Assembly (NCBI GenBank): GCA_943788915.1 | Contig: CALSSD010000004.1 | Location: 1-64,000, forward strand | DNA from: an uncultured Acidimicrobiales bacterium | Lineage (GTDB): Bacteria > Actinomycetota > Acidimicrobiia > Acidimicrobiales > UBA10347 | Length of the DNA: 64,000 nt | Direction: 5' to 3' | In this document: piece after piece, positions 9,619 through 17,885 of the stretch | Layout of the letters: the number at the start of each line of letters is the position of its first letter | How positions within the stretch are numbered: position 1 is the first letter of the stretch | Program-made: the position numbers and the translations under genes | Notes under the pieces: model-generated | Database searches by the model: none | Seen by the model: the letters and a program-made list of their open reading frames with translations, nothing else | What the model was told of the DNA's origin: nothing

Positions 9619-10596
9619 ATGACCGCTGAGCATCATGAAGTCATCATCATTGGTTCCGGGCCTGCTGGCCTGACCGCCGCAATCTATGCAGCCCGAGCCC
9701 GGCTTGCCCCGCTCGTCATCGAGGGTGAACCTTCATCCACGAGCGATCAGCCTGGCGGCCAGCTCATGTTGACGACCGATGTCGAGAACTTTCCCGGGTT
9801 CCCCGAAGGAATCATGGGCCCTGAGCTCATGGGTATGTTCCGGACCCAAGCGGAACGTTTCGGCGCCACCATGGTCACTCGTAAAGTCGTCAAGGTCGAC
9901 CTGTCAGACTCACCTGGCGATACACCGCACCAACTCTGGATCGACGACGCCACCACTCCCGAACCCACCTATACAGCGACCGCCGTCATCATTGCGACCG
10001 GCGCCCAATCGCTGATGCTGGGCCTTCCCAACGAATCGGCTCTTGTTGGCCATGGCCTAAGCACCTGCGCTACCTGCGACGGGTTCTTCTTCCGCGACCA
10101 AGAGATCGCTGTGGTTGGCGGTGGTGACTCGGCCCTCGAGGAGGCCATGTTCCTCACCCGCTTCGCCAGCAAGGTCTCGTTGCTTGTTCGCCGCGACGAA
10201 CTGAGGGCCTCAAAGATCATGCAGGACCGAGCGTTGGCCAACGAGAAGATCGAAATCGTATGGAACACGGTGGTCACCGGTTATCTCGGTGATGGCATGA
10301 TCTCTGGTATCGCTACTGAAAATACCCAGACTGGCGAAGCAGGAACGCTCGATGTCACCGGCATCTTCATCGCCATTGGCCATAAGCCATCAACGAGCCT
10401 ATTCGTCGATCAACTCGAGGTTAAACCAAACGGTTATCTCGTCGCTGAGCCAAATTCGACCCGCACAGCGATCCCTGGTGTCTTTGCCTGTGGTGATGTC
10501 GTCGATGACTACTACCGGCAAGCCATTACTGCGGCCGGCTCTGGTTGCCAGGCCGCGATTGACACCGAACGTTGGCTCGAGGGCCTCGACGACTGA
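9619..10596 (+). CDS. trxB: Thioredoxin reductase
   Basis: IIGSGPAG, GGQLMLTTDVENFPG, CATCDG, VGGGDSA and RQAITAAG motifs; AGGAG before ATG 9619. Confidence 0.98.
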   Translation: MTAEHHEVIIIGSGPAGLTAAIYAARARLAPLVIEGEPSSTSDQPGGQLMLTTDVENFPGFPEGIMGPELMGMFRTQAERFGATMVTRKVVKVDLSDSPGDTPHQLWIDDATTPEPTYTATAVIIATGAQSLMLGLPNESALVGHGLSTCATCDGFFFRDQEIAVVGGGDSALEEAMFLTRFASKVSLLVRRDELRASKIMQDRALANEKIEIVWNTVVTGYLGDGMISGIATENTQTGEAGTLDVTGIFIAIGHKPSTSLFVDQLEVKPNGYLVAEPNSTRTAIPGVFACGDVVDDYYRQAITAAGSGCQAAIDTERWLEGLDD

Positions 10597-10634
10597 GACC
10601 TGACTCTCGAAGTCACACCCCCACCACGAATTGC

Positions 10635-10660
10635 GGAATAATCGTGAGATTCTACGAGTT
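10635..10660 (+). promoter_or_regulatory. SigR/SigH-type promoter GGAAT-N18-GTT upstream of trxA
   Basis: GGAAT at 10635-10639 and GTT at 10658-10660. Confidence 0.75.
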
Positions 10661-10732
10661 TCACGTCACACAAGTAACTACCTGATCACCTACAGCCACT
10701 AGGTTCGAAAAAGAACCCTCAAGGAGTCTCCC

Positions 10733-11059
10733 ATGTCCGACAAGATCACCAACCTCACCGCCGAGACGTTCGACGAGCTCGTTGGCGCCGCCGAAGGTCC
10801 CGTACTGGTGGACTTCTGGGCCGAGTGGTGTGGCCCCTGCAAGATGATTGCCCCAATTCTCGACGAAATCGCCGATGAACAAGGCGACAACATCTCGATT
10901 GCCAAAGTGAATGTCGACGAGGCCAATGAAATTGCGCTGCGTTACCAGGTGATGAGCATTCCAACGCTGCTGGTTTTCAAAGACGGCGAAGTCGCCAAAC
11001 GTATGGTCGGCGCATCGGGCAAGGCCAAACTGCTCGAGGACATCGCCGAGTTTCTGTAG
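10733..11059 (+). CDS. trxA: Thioredoxin
   Basis: [12 protein letters not shown] active site; AAGGAG ribosome-binding site. Confidence 0.98.
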   Translation: MSDKITNLTAETFDELVGAAEGPVLVDFWAEWCGPCKMIAPILDEIADEQGDNISIAKVNVDEANEIALRYQVMSIPTLLVFKDGEVAKRMVGASGKAKLLEDIAEFL

Positions 11060-11125
11060 GCCCGTACTTTGGCCGCTATTAGCTGCCTCAACCCACTGTT
11101 TGGGGATGCACAATCAACGTATATG

Positions 11126-11151
11126 AAGATCGACCCTCGAGGGTCGATCTT
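11126..11151. repeat. Perfect 26-bp palindrome between convergent trxA and parB
   Basis: aagatcgaccctc|gagggtcgatctt. Confidence 0.9.
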
Positions 11152-11165
11152 TACTTTAGACGCGA

Positions 11166-11221
11166 TGTTCCACAATGGCCGGTGCAGTCTTTACACAGCT
11201 TTGTGCACATCCTGTGTAAAC
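11166..11221. promoter_or_regulatory. Cluster of degenerate DnaA-box-like 9-mers
   Basis: tgttccaca at 11166, ctttacaca at 11189, ttgtgcaca at 11201 and tgtgtaaac (reverse) at 11213. Confidence 0.5.
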
Positions 11222-11251
11222 CGCAGAAAACTCTCGACCAAAGCTAAAGAC

Positions 11252-12181
11252 TTACCCAATTGGGGGTATGTTGGATGCTTCGGTCATGAGCGCATAAATG
11301 CGCTCCAGATCGTCGATATCAGCAAAGTCGATCGTCACCCGTCCCCGTTTATTCCCCAAGGTAATCCCCACCTTGGTGGCAAACAGGTCGCCCAGTAGCT
11401 CTTCGAGTTCAAGCAACGCTGGCGGCTTCGTAACGCCGACGACCGCATCACCACTCGCCTGGAGGTCGTCTGGCTGGGGCGACCCCCCACCAGGGGCTGC
11501 ATCGCTGATCGCCTCGCTATCGCGAACCATTGCCTCGAGTGCTCGCACACTCAGGCCATTACTGAGTACCTGGTTGACCAACGCACTCCGATCGGACGCG
11601 TCTACGGTCACCAGTACACGGCCGTGGCCTGCGCTGATCCGTCCGTCGATGATCAGTAGCTGGACATCCACTGGAAGCTGCAACAATCGCAACGCATTCG
11701 CAACTGCCGGGCGACTGCGCCCGACACGAGTTGCTACTTGTTCTTGCGTTAGCGCGAAGTCCTCGATCAGCTGCTGAAACGCAGCTGCTTCCTCGATCGC
11801 ATTCAGCTCAGCACGTTGGACATTCTCGACGATGGCTTGGGCCAACGATGTTTCATTGTCGACATCGCGCACAATGGCGGGAATCCGGTCAAGGCCAGCC
11901 CGAGTTGCGGCCCGCCACCGGCGTTCGCCAGCGATAAGTTCAAACTGGGTGTCACCATGTTTGCGGACGAGCACAGGTTGCAGCACGCCAAGTTCACGAA
12001 CCGACGCGGTCAGAGCGACCAGCGCCTCCTCATCAAACGCCCGACGTGGCTGATACGTGTTGGGCACGATGTCGCCAACTGGGATATCTCGAAGTGGACT
12101 GTCATCCACTGGTCGTGACGGTTCAGACGGGATGAGCGCGCCCAGTCCTCGACCGAGTCCACCCTGCCTAGGCTTGGCCAT
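11252..12181 (-). CDS. parB: Chromosome partitioning protein ParB
   Basis: GGLGRGLGALI N-terminal peptide, QPRRAF, LIAGERRWRA, ENVQRAELN and an HTH. Confidence 0.98.
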   Translation of the reverse strand: MAKPRQGGLGRGLGALIPSEPSRPVDDSPLRDIPVGDIVPNTYQPRRAFDEEALVALTASVRELGVLQPVLVRKHGDTQFELIAGERRWRAATRAGLDRIPAIVRDVDNETSLAQAIVENVQRAELNAIEEAAAFQQLIEDFALTQEQVATRVGRSRPAVANALRLLQLPVDVQLLIIDGRISAGHGRVLVTVDASDRSALVNQVLSNGLSVRALEAMVRDSEAISDAAPGGGSPQPDDLQASGDAVVGVTKPPALLELEELLGDLFATKVGITLGNKRGRVTIDFADIDDLERIYALMTEASNIPPIG

Positions 12182-13373
12182 TGAGCACCTCCTGGGTTAC
12201 TGCCCGGTACGCAGCAGCGCCGCGGGAGTCCGAATCAAATGTGGTAATTGGTTGCCCGAACGATGGGGCCTCCGACAAGCGGACCGTTCGAGGAATGACG
12301 TTTTCGCAGACAGTTTTACCGAAGTGTGATCGGACCTCGTCGACTACCTGGCCAGCAAGTCTGGTCCGGGGGTCAAACATCACCAGCACAATATGGTTGA
12401 TTACCAAGTCTGGGTTCAGGCTTGCCTTCACCAGGTCGACATTACGCATGAGCTGGCCCAGCCCTTCGAGCGCGTAGTACTCACACTGAATCGGCACCAG
12501 GACCTCATGGGCAGCGGTGAGGGCATTGATGGTCAGCAGACCCAGCGATGGTGGGCAATCAATGAGGACGTAGTCGAAGTCATCAATGACCGAGTCGATC
12601 GCTAACCGCAACCGGTGTTCTCGACTGAGCAGCGATACCAGTTCGATCTCGGCTCCAGCTAGGTCGAGGCTACTTGGCAACACAAACAGGTTCTTGATCT
12701 CGGTGGGCTCGATACAGCTATCCGTGTCCTGGTCATGGAGCATGACGTGATAGATCGAATACTCAAGTTCTCGAGGTTCTAAACCAAGCCCAGTCGATGC
12801 ATTCGCTTGTGGATCAAGATCGACGAGTAACGTTCGATATCCCTGTTCTGCCAGGCAGGCCGCAATATTGACCGTCGTTGTGGTTTTGCCAACGCCACCC
12901 TTCTGGTTCGCAACTGCAATAATTCGGGGGAGTGGCATCGCCAAAACTGGCTCAGGCTCAGCCACCTCGCTGGCTACAGGCTCTGTGGTCTCATCGGAAC
13001 TACCCTCGACTGTCTCAGGTACATCCTCGTCGCCGATAGCCGTTGTGAGATCAGCCGCACGTTCGCTGACCATGGACTCAGCGGCCTCGGTAGGCACGAC
13101 CTCTGTGGCCGGGTCTGGCGTGGCTGGGTCTGGCGTGGCTGGGTCTGGCGTGGTAACGGCTTCTGCCTTATCCGCCGCTTGCACCCAACCAGCGCCGTGA
13201 GCGTGAGGCTCTGCCTCATCCGGTGGGAGATCAGGGTCGGTTGCCCGCTCCAGTTCAGCCCACTCCTCGTCGGTTAACTCATCGGAAGAAGACGGTGTGT
13301 CCTGAGCCGGAGTCTTTGACAAAAAGTCAGATGGTTCCACTTCGGCACCAGTGTGAGGGAGGTCGCTCTGCAT
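12168..13373 (-). CDS. parA: Chromosome partitioning ATPase ParA with long acidic N-terminal extension (start uncertain)
   Basis: ANQKGGVGKTTT, DLDPQANA, IDCPPSLG, PIQCEYYALEG and RLSEAPSFG motifs. Confidence 0.95.
   Translation of the reverse strand: MQSDLPHTGAEVEPSDFLSKTPAQDTPSSSDELTDEEWAELERATDPDLPPDEAEPHAHGAGWVQAADKAEAVTTPDPATPDPATPDPATEVVPTEAAESMVSERAADLTTAIGDEDVPETVEGSSDETTEPVASEVAEPEPVLAMPLPRIIAVANQKGGVGKTTTTVNIAACLAEQGYRTLLVDLDPQANASTGLGLEPRELEYSIYHVMLHDQDTDSCIEPTEIKNLFVLPSSLDLAGAEIELVSLLSREHRLRLAIDSVIDDFDYVLIDCPPSLGLLTINALTAAHEVLVPIQCEYYALEGLGQLMRNVDLVKASLNPDLVINHIVLVMFDPRTRLAGQVVDEVRSHFGKTVCENVIPRTVRLSEAPSFGQPITTFDSDSRGAAAYRAVTQEVLNGQA
13111..13153. repeat. About three copies of a 15-bp tandem repeat (gggtctggcgtggct) encoding ATPDP in the ParA extension
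   Basis: Read directly at 13111, 13126 and 13141. Confidence 0.9.
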
Positions 13374-13492
13374 CGCAGCTAAACTCTAGCGTCACCGCCC
13401 AATTGGTGGGCGCGAAACCACCTAGCGCAGCCAATCTTTCCCTGCAACAGGCTCGATCACTCGTTCCGCCGCCGCCGATACTCAATCGAAAA

Positions 13493-13508
13493 TGTTTCAC
13501 GTGAAACA
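13493..13508. promoter_or_regulatory. parS: parS site 1
   Basis: Perfect palindrome TGTTTCACGTGAAACA. Confidence 0.97.
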
Positions 13509-13572
13509 CAGTGGTCCGGTTCGATAGCGCCACCTCACCTACCCCGACGCAGAGGGGGTGGATCAATTCGAA

Positions 13573-13588
13573 TGTTTCACGTGAAACA
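13573..13588. promoter_or_regulatory. parS: parS site 2
   Basis: Perfect palindrome TGTTTCACGTGAAACA, starting 80 bp after site 1. Confidence 0.97.
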
Positions 13589-13621
13589 GCCGTGGTAATC
13601 GGCTGTGATACCGCATACGCG

Positions 13622-14266
13622 CTAGCTCCGAAACCAGCCACGCCGTGGCCGAGGGGGGAGTCGTGGAGCCTTGGGAGGTGCCATAGCTATCTTCTCAAAC
13701 ACTGCGAATCGGGTGGCGTCGCGTTCTACATAACGAACCGCCCCAAACCCTAGGCTCTGCACGCCCGACGAATCCCACCGGGTTTCTTCGCCCGCGTCCA
13801 CTGGCGGTTCACTCACGATGAATACGCCACCTACTCGTACCAGGCCGGCGGCACACTCAGCTGTAAGGCTCGACGGGCCGAAGGCTCGGGCCACTACCAC
13901 ATCGAAGCTTTCCCGATACACGTCATCGTGACCAAGGTATTGCGCCTCAATACCTTGCACGTCAACTCGATGTTGGAGACCAAGGCGAAGGATGGTGCGT
14001 TCGACCTCGTCAGCCCGAGCAGTGCGCATATCTACGAGCGTCCACTGTGTATCAGGCCATAACGCGGCCAACGCTACGCCCGGCAATCCCCCACCGGTGC
14101 CTAGATCGCAACACCGTTCGATTGTTCTACCTTCGGCAACCTCAGCCAAAACAGAAGAAAAGCTGGCGCAATGCGCCAGCTGTTCCTCTAGATCGCCGCC
14201 AATGGTACCCAGGCGGTGGGGGCGCTCCAGCGCGGCCAGAAGGTCGCGCTCGAGGTCAGAATTCAT
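13622..14266 (-). CDS. rsmG: 16S rRNA m7G527 methyltransferase RsmG (GidB)
   Basis: DLGTGGGLPG, RESFDVVVARAFG; located between jag and parA. Confidence 0.9.
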   Translation of the reverse strand: MNSDLERDLLAALERPHRLGTIGGDLEEQLAHCASFSSVLAEVAEGRTIERCCDLGTGGGLPGVALAALWPDTQWTLVDMRTARADEVERTILRLGLQHRVDVQGIEAQYLGHDDVYRESFDVVVARAFGPSSLTAECAAGLVRVGGVFIVSEPPVDAGEETRWDSSGVQSLGFGAVRYVERDATRFAVFEKIAMAPPKAPRLPPRPRRGWFRS

Positions 14267-15366
14267 TCTTCTTCGTCGCTCGCATCGGTCGCAAGAATGA
14301 CGATGTACCGGCGAGGGTCGCGTCCTTCGGACACCGTTTCTACCCCAGCAACTTCAGCCACGGCATCATGGATCAGCTTGCGATCCGCAGCTCCCATTGG
14401 CTCCATAGCCTTGCTTTCGCCGGATTCTGCCACTGATTGGGCGAGGTCGGTTGCAAACTTCGCGAGCGCTGCTCGGCGGCGAGCGCGATACTCATCGACA
14501 TCGACTTGAATGCGGTGATACCGGCGGCCGGCAGCTGCACGATGCATTGCCGTCCGAGCAAGCTCTTCGAGCGACTGCAACGTCGAGGCCTTATTGCCTA
14601 CGAGGCGGCCAAGGTTCTCGCCTGTGACCTGTGCTTGCAGCGTGGTGCCTTCCTCGACCAACTCGACCTTGGCCGATGGGTCGAAGGCAATCGCAACACC
14701 GGTAACAAACCCTTGGAGAGTCTCGCGTTGTTCGTCGACCGGCATTTCAACACGATCTTCGTTGTTGCGGTTGCCACGATCGCCACGATCGTTGCGGTCA
14801 TTACGCTGACGGTTGCCGCCACGATTACGGCTACGACCACCACCATCACGACCGCCACCATCACGACCACCGCCATCACGACCGCCACTTGGACGAGCTT
14901 CGGAAGTAGCCGGTGCGACTACATCCTTTGTACCAGCATCGTCTCGCTTGGCTCCATCACGCTTACCACTGTCACGCTTGCCACCATCACGGTTGCCACC
15001 ATCACGATTGCGGTTGCGACCGCCACCGTCACGGTTGCCACCATCACGGTTGCCACCATCACGACCGCTGCCGTCACGCTTGCCACCATCGCGGTTATTG
15101 CCCTTGCCATTCGAACCTCGACCGCCGCCGCCACGGTTGCGATTTCGATCGCCACCTCGCGACGGACGACGCTCTTCTTTTGCAGGGGGTGCCTTCGGCT
15201 TAATGCGAGCTCGCACTCGGGCCTCAGACTTGGTACGACCGAATAGGCCGGTCTTGCCTTCTTCAATTACTTGAATCTCGGCGTCGGCAGAGTCGACACC
15301 CAACAAGTCGAGGGCCCGAGTCTGTGCTTCTTCGACCGAACGAGCGGTCGTAACAATCCAATCCAT
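14263..15366 (-). CDS. jag: RNA-binding protein Jag/EloR/KhpB
   Basis: Jag_N domain, R/D/G-rich linker, KH-like segment (GRLVGNKASTLQSL) and R3H domain (DRKLIHD...SEGRDPRRYI). Confidence 0.95.
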   Translation of the reverse strand: MDWIVTTARSVEEAQTRALDLLGVDSADAEIQVIEEGKTGLFGRTKSEARVRARIKPKAPPAKEERRPSRGGDRNRNRGGGGRGSNGKGNNRDGGKRDGSGRDGGNRDGGNRDGGGRNRNRDGGNRDGGKRDSGKRDGAKRDDAGTKDVVAPATSEARPSGGRDGGGRDGGGRDGGGRSRNRGGNRQRNDRNDRGDRGNRNNEDRVEMPVDEQRETLQGFVTGVAIAFDPSAKVELVEEGTTLQAQVTGENLGRLVGNKASTLQSLEELARTAMHRAAAGRRYHRIQVDVDEYRARRRAALAKFATDLAQSVAESGESKAMEPMGAADRKLIHDAVAEVAGVETVSEGRDPRRYIVILATDASDEEE

Positions 15367-15378
15367 GGACTTCGCTTT

Positions 15379-16635
15379 CTATTTCTTCCCGCGTCGTTCA
15401 GAGCTGGAATCGCTCTTGGGAGTTACCCGACGTGAGACCGGTTTTTCCGGTGTTTCATTCATTTGTGGAGCAGAACGTTTTGCACGTCCCCACCCCGAGA
15501 CTTTTTCAGCGGGTTCCTTTGAACCCTTGCTGGTGCTTGATTTCTTGCTGCTTTTAGCCGCGTCTGTCGATGCCCGCGGTGGACGAGCACGATTCTTGGT
15601 GCTCTTCGCGCTGGCATCGGTCGTAGGGCGACGAGATCCATGACGTGCACTCGGTGCCGCGTCTGCCTTGGTCTTTGATCCTCCGCCACCAAACAGGGCT
15701 GCAAGGGGATTCTCGGGCTCATCGTCGTCGTCGTCGTCGTCATCGTCGTCATCGTTATCGAATTCGATCGGCTTGTTCAGCTCTTCGTTTTCGTAAACGC
15801 TTCGGGTAATGTAGGCCTGCTGGGCAATGCGCAAGATGGCCGACACGATGAAGTACAGCACCAAACCAGCGGGCATGGTGAACGAGAAGACTGGCAACAT
15901 CCACGGGATGATCCGCATGATCATCTGCTGCTGAGCGCTGACCTCGCCGGTCATCCGGCCTTGAATCTGGCGTTGCTGGTACCAACCCAGGACCGCGACC
16001 AGAACAACCATGACCAAATAGGGGAGTGCTGCGCCAATACCGTCTTGCAGCACTTCCCACGGGGACCGGCTCAAATCGAGGCCGATCCAGTCCATTTTGT
16101 TGGCCTGCACAAGGTCGAGATACATCTCAGCCTCGTTGCCTGCTTCGCGATGCAAGTATTCAGGGTTGAAGTTTCGCGACACGGTGTCGGTAAAGAGGTC
16201 AACATTGATCGCTTCGCCAGGCCCCGCCGCACTCTCGCCAGCAATACGTCGGGCGAAAGAACCACCGCTGGCGAATCCAGCATCTGAGGATCGGCGGGTG
16301 ATGCCCCGGAGGACACGGAACATGACGATGAAGACAGGAGACTGGATAAGAATTGGCAGGCAACCACTCAAAGGGCTGACGTTGTGCTCTTGATAGAGCG
16401 CCATCATCTCCTTATTAAGCTGCTCGCGATCGTTCTTATGCTTCTTCTGCAACCGCTTAACTTGGGGCTGCAATCGACGCATCGACACCATCGATTTGGT
16501 GCTGCGATAGGTCAGGGGCGACAAAATGATCAGGACCAGCGTGGTCAGCGCAATGATGGCGAACCCATAACTCGGTACCAACGAGTAAAACCACTCGAGT
16601 AGGCCGGCTAGTAGGTTGAAAATCGGATCAAGCAT
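15379..16635 (-). CDS. yidC: Membrane protein insertase YidC
   Basis: YGFAIIALT, LQPQVKRLQKK, GCLPILIQSPVF and PAGLVLYF motifs; poly-Asp then a basic tail. Confidence 0.96.
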   Translation of the reverse strand: MLDPIFNLLAGLLEWFYSLVPSYGFAIIALTTLVLIILSPLTYRSTKSMVSMRRLQPQVKRLQKKHKNDREQLNKEMMALYQEHNVSPLSGCLPILIQSPVFIVMFRVLRGITRRSSDAGFASGGSFARRIAGESAAGPGEAINVDLFTDTVSRNFNPEYLHREAGNEAEMYLDLVQANKMDWIGLDLSRSPWEVLQDGIGAALPYLVMVVLVAVLGWYQQRQIQGRMTGEVSAQQQMIMRIIPWMLPVFSFTMPAGLVLYFIVSAILRIAQQAYITRSVYENEELNKPIEFDNDDDDDDDDDDDEPENPLAALFGGGGSKTKADAAPSARHGSRRPTTDASAKSTKNRARPPRASTDAAKSSKKSSTSKGSKEPAEKVSGWGRAKRSAPQMNETPEKPVSRRVTPKSDSSSERRGKK

Positions 16636-16649
16636 TACAACAGCGTTCC

Positions 16650-16931
16650 TTACACATGCGTACTCTGCACATTGGGCAGGGGCACATTGGGCGAGACCGA
16701 CGACGTCACCGGCGGCACGGGGTCATAACCGCGACCTCCAAGCGGATGGCAGCGCAACACTCGCCGCGTGCCGAGATACAAACCTCTCAAGGCACCGTGG
16801 GTTTCGACAGCCTCCACGGTGTAGGCACTACATGTTGGATCAAACCGGCAAGCATCGGGCCGTAGGCCTCGGTACTGTCGGTACCAACTCAGAACGGACA
16901 GCACGATTTTCTTCATGCGACCGTTGTTCAT
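16650..16931 (-). CDS. yidD: Membrane protein insertion efficiency factor YidD
   Basis: CRFDPTCSAY...RVLRCHPLGGRGYDPVP. Confidence 0.96.
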   Translation of the reverse strand: MNNGRMKKIVLSVLSWYRQYRGLRPDACRFDPTCSAYTVEAVETHGALRGLYLGTRRVLRCHPLGGRGYDPVPPVTSSVSPNVPLPNVQSTHV

Positions 16932-16964
16932 ACGACACATCCAGGTGTGAGTGTCACGATTGGC

Positions 16965-17366
16965 TCAGCGGGGGCGCGCGTTCGATGCAGCGGCAAGTGT
17001 GCTTCGCAAGTCATCGTGTAGCTCGTCATGTGATATCCGTGCAGCTCGATCATTCTTGACACCAATGAGATAGATCCCTGGTGCAAGTTTGGATGCTTCG
17101 GCGACAACCATTGGTCGGAGTCGTCTTCGAATACGGTTCCGAACCACGGCATTACCAACCTTTTTCCCGATTGCGTACCCAACTTGGGGTAGATCAACGG
17201 GTTGCCGTTGGAGTTGTTGCCCAGAGTGCCGAACCGGTTCAGCGTCCTCATCAGCCAACCCTGGTGGAAACGGTGCATATCGCACCCAACACCAACGTCC
17301 CTGGCGCCGTCGTCCTTGTGTTGAAAGCACAGCAAACGAGGCACGAGTCCGAAGCGGTTCGATCAG
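16965..17366 (-). CDS. rnpA: Ribonuclease P protein component (probable CTG start overlapping the rpmH stop)
   Basis: [23 protein letters not shown] (RNR motif). The frame extends upstream to (M)[13 protein letters not shown]. Confidence 0.9.
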   Translation of the reverse strand: MIEPLRTRASFAVLSTQGRRRQGRWCWVRYAPFPPGLADEDAEPVRHSGQQLQRQPVDLPQVGYAIGKKVGNAVVRNRIRRRLRPMVVAEASKLAPGIYLIGVKNDRAARISHDELHDDLRSTLAAASNARPR

Positions 17367-17497
17367 GCTGATAGCTTGGTGCGTCCTCGACGACGACGGT
17401 TGGCAAGCACGCGGCGGCCAGCCTTGGTCGACATGCGTTGGCGGAAGCCGTGACGCTTTGAGCGACGGCGTACGTTTGGCTGGAAAGTTCTCTTCAC
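17363..17497 (-). CDS. rpmH: 50S ribosomal protein L34
   Basis: [44 protein letters not shown] from GTG 17497. Confidence 0.98.
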   Translation of the reverse strand: MKRTFQPNVRRRSKRHGFRQRMSTKAGRRVLANRRRRGRTKLSA

Positions 17498-17672
17498 GAT
17501 TCGTCCCGATCGTTTAGTGGTGTGTGTCTTAGCAACACGATGTGCTCGCCTCGAACACACCAAAGAAGCAATAGCTGAACCACGACAAAAGCGGATTGCG
17601 GCAAACGAAGATTCCGCTCTGGCTGATTCAGGTCTTTACGTTAGGCCCTTGCAGCAACAGCAACAACACATC

Positions 17673-17681
17673 TGTGTATAA
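17673..17681 (-). promoter_or_regulatory. DnaA box in the dnaA upstream region
   Basis: TTATACACA on the minus strand. A second near-box, TTGTCTACA, overlaps the dnaA start codon (17886-17894). Confidence 0.65.
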
Positions 17682-17885
17682 GTCGCGTAGCGCCTTGCAC
17701 GCGCAGCCATTGATGATGATAGGTTCCCAAAGCTGCCTGGGCGGAGAACCCATTCAGTACGGGGTACATCTTCACTGGTTTTTACTAGCGAAATGCCACT
17801 TCACAGGGACCGACGGCCGCGCTGCACCAGAGTACAGACGGCCGTCAAAATGTAATACAACGATTTATGTCGTTCGGGAGAAAAC

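Noticed and set aside
14437..15274. Thr-, His/Cys- and Pro/Arg-rich ORFs on the plus strand
   Set aside because: They are antisense shadows of the repetitive jag linker.
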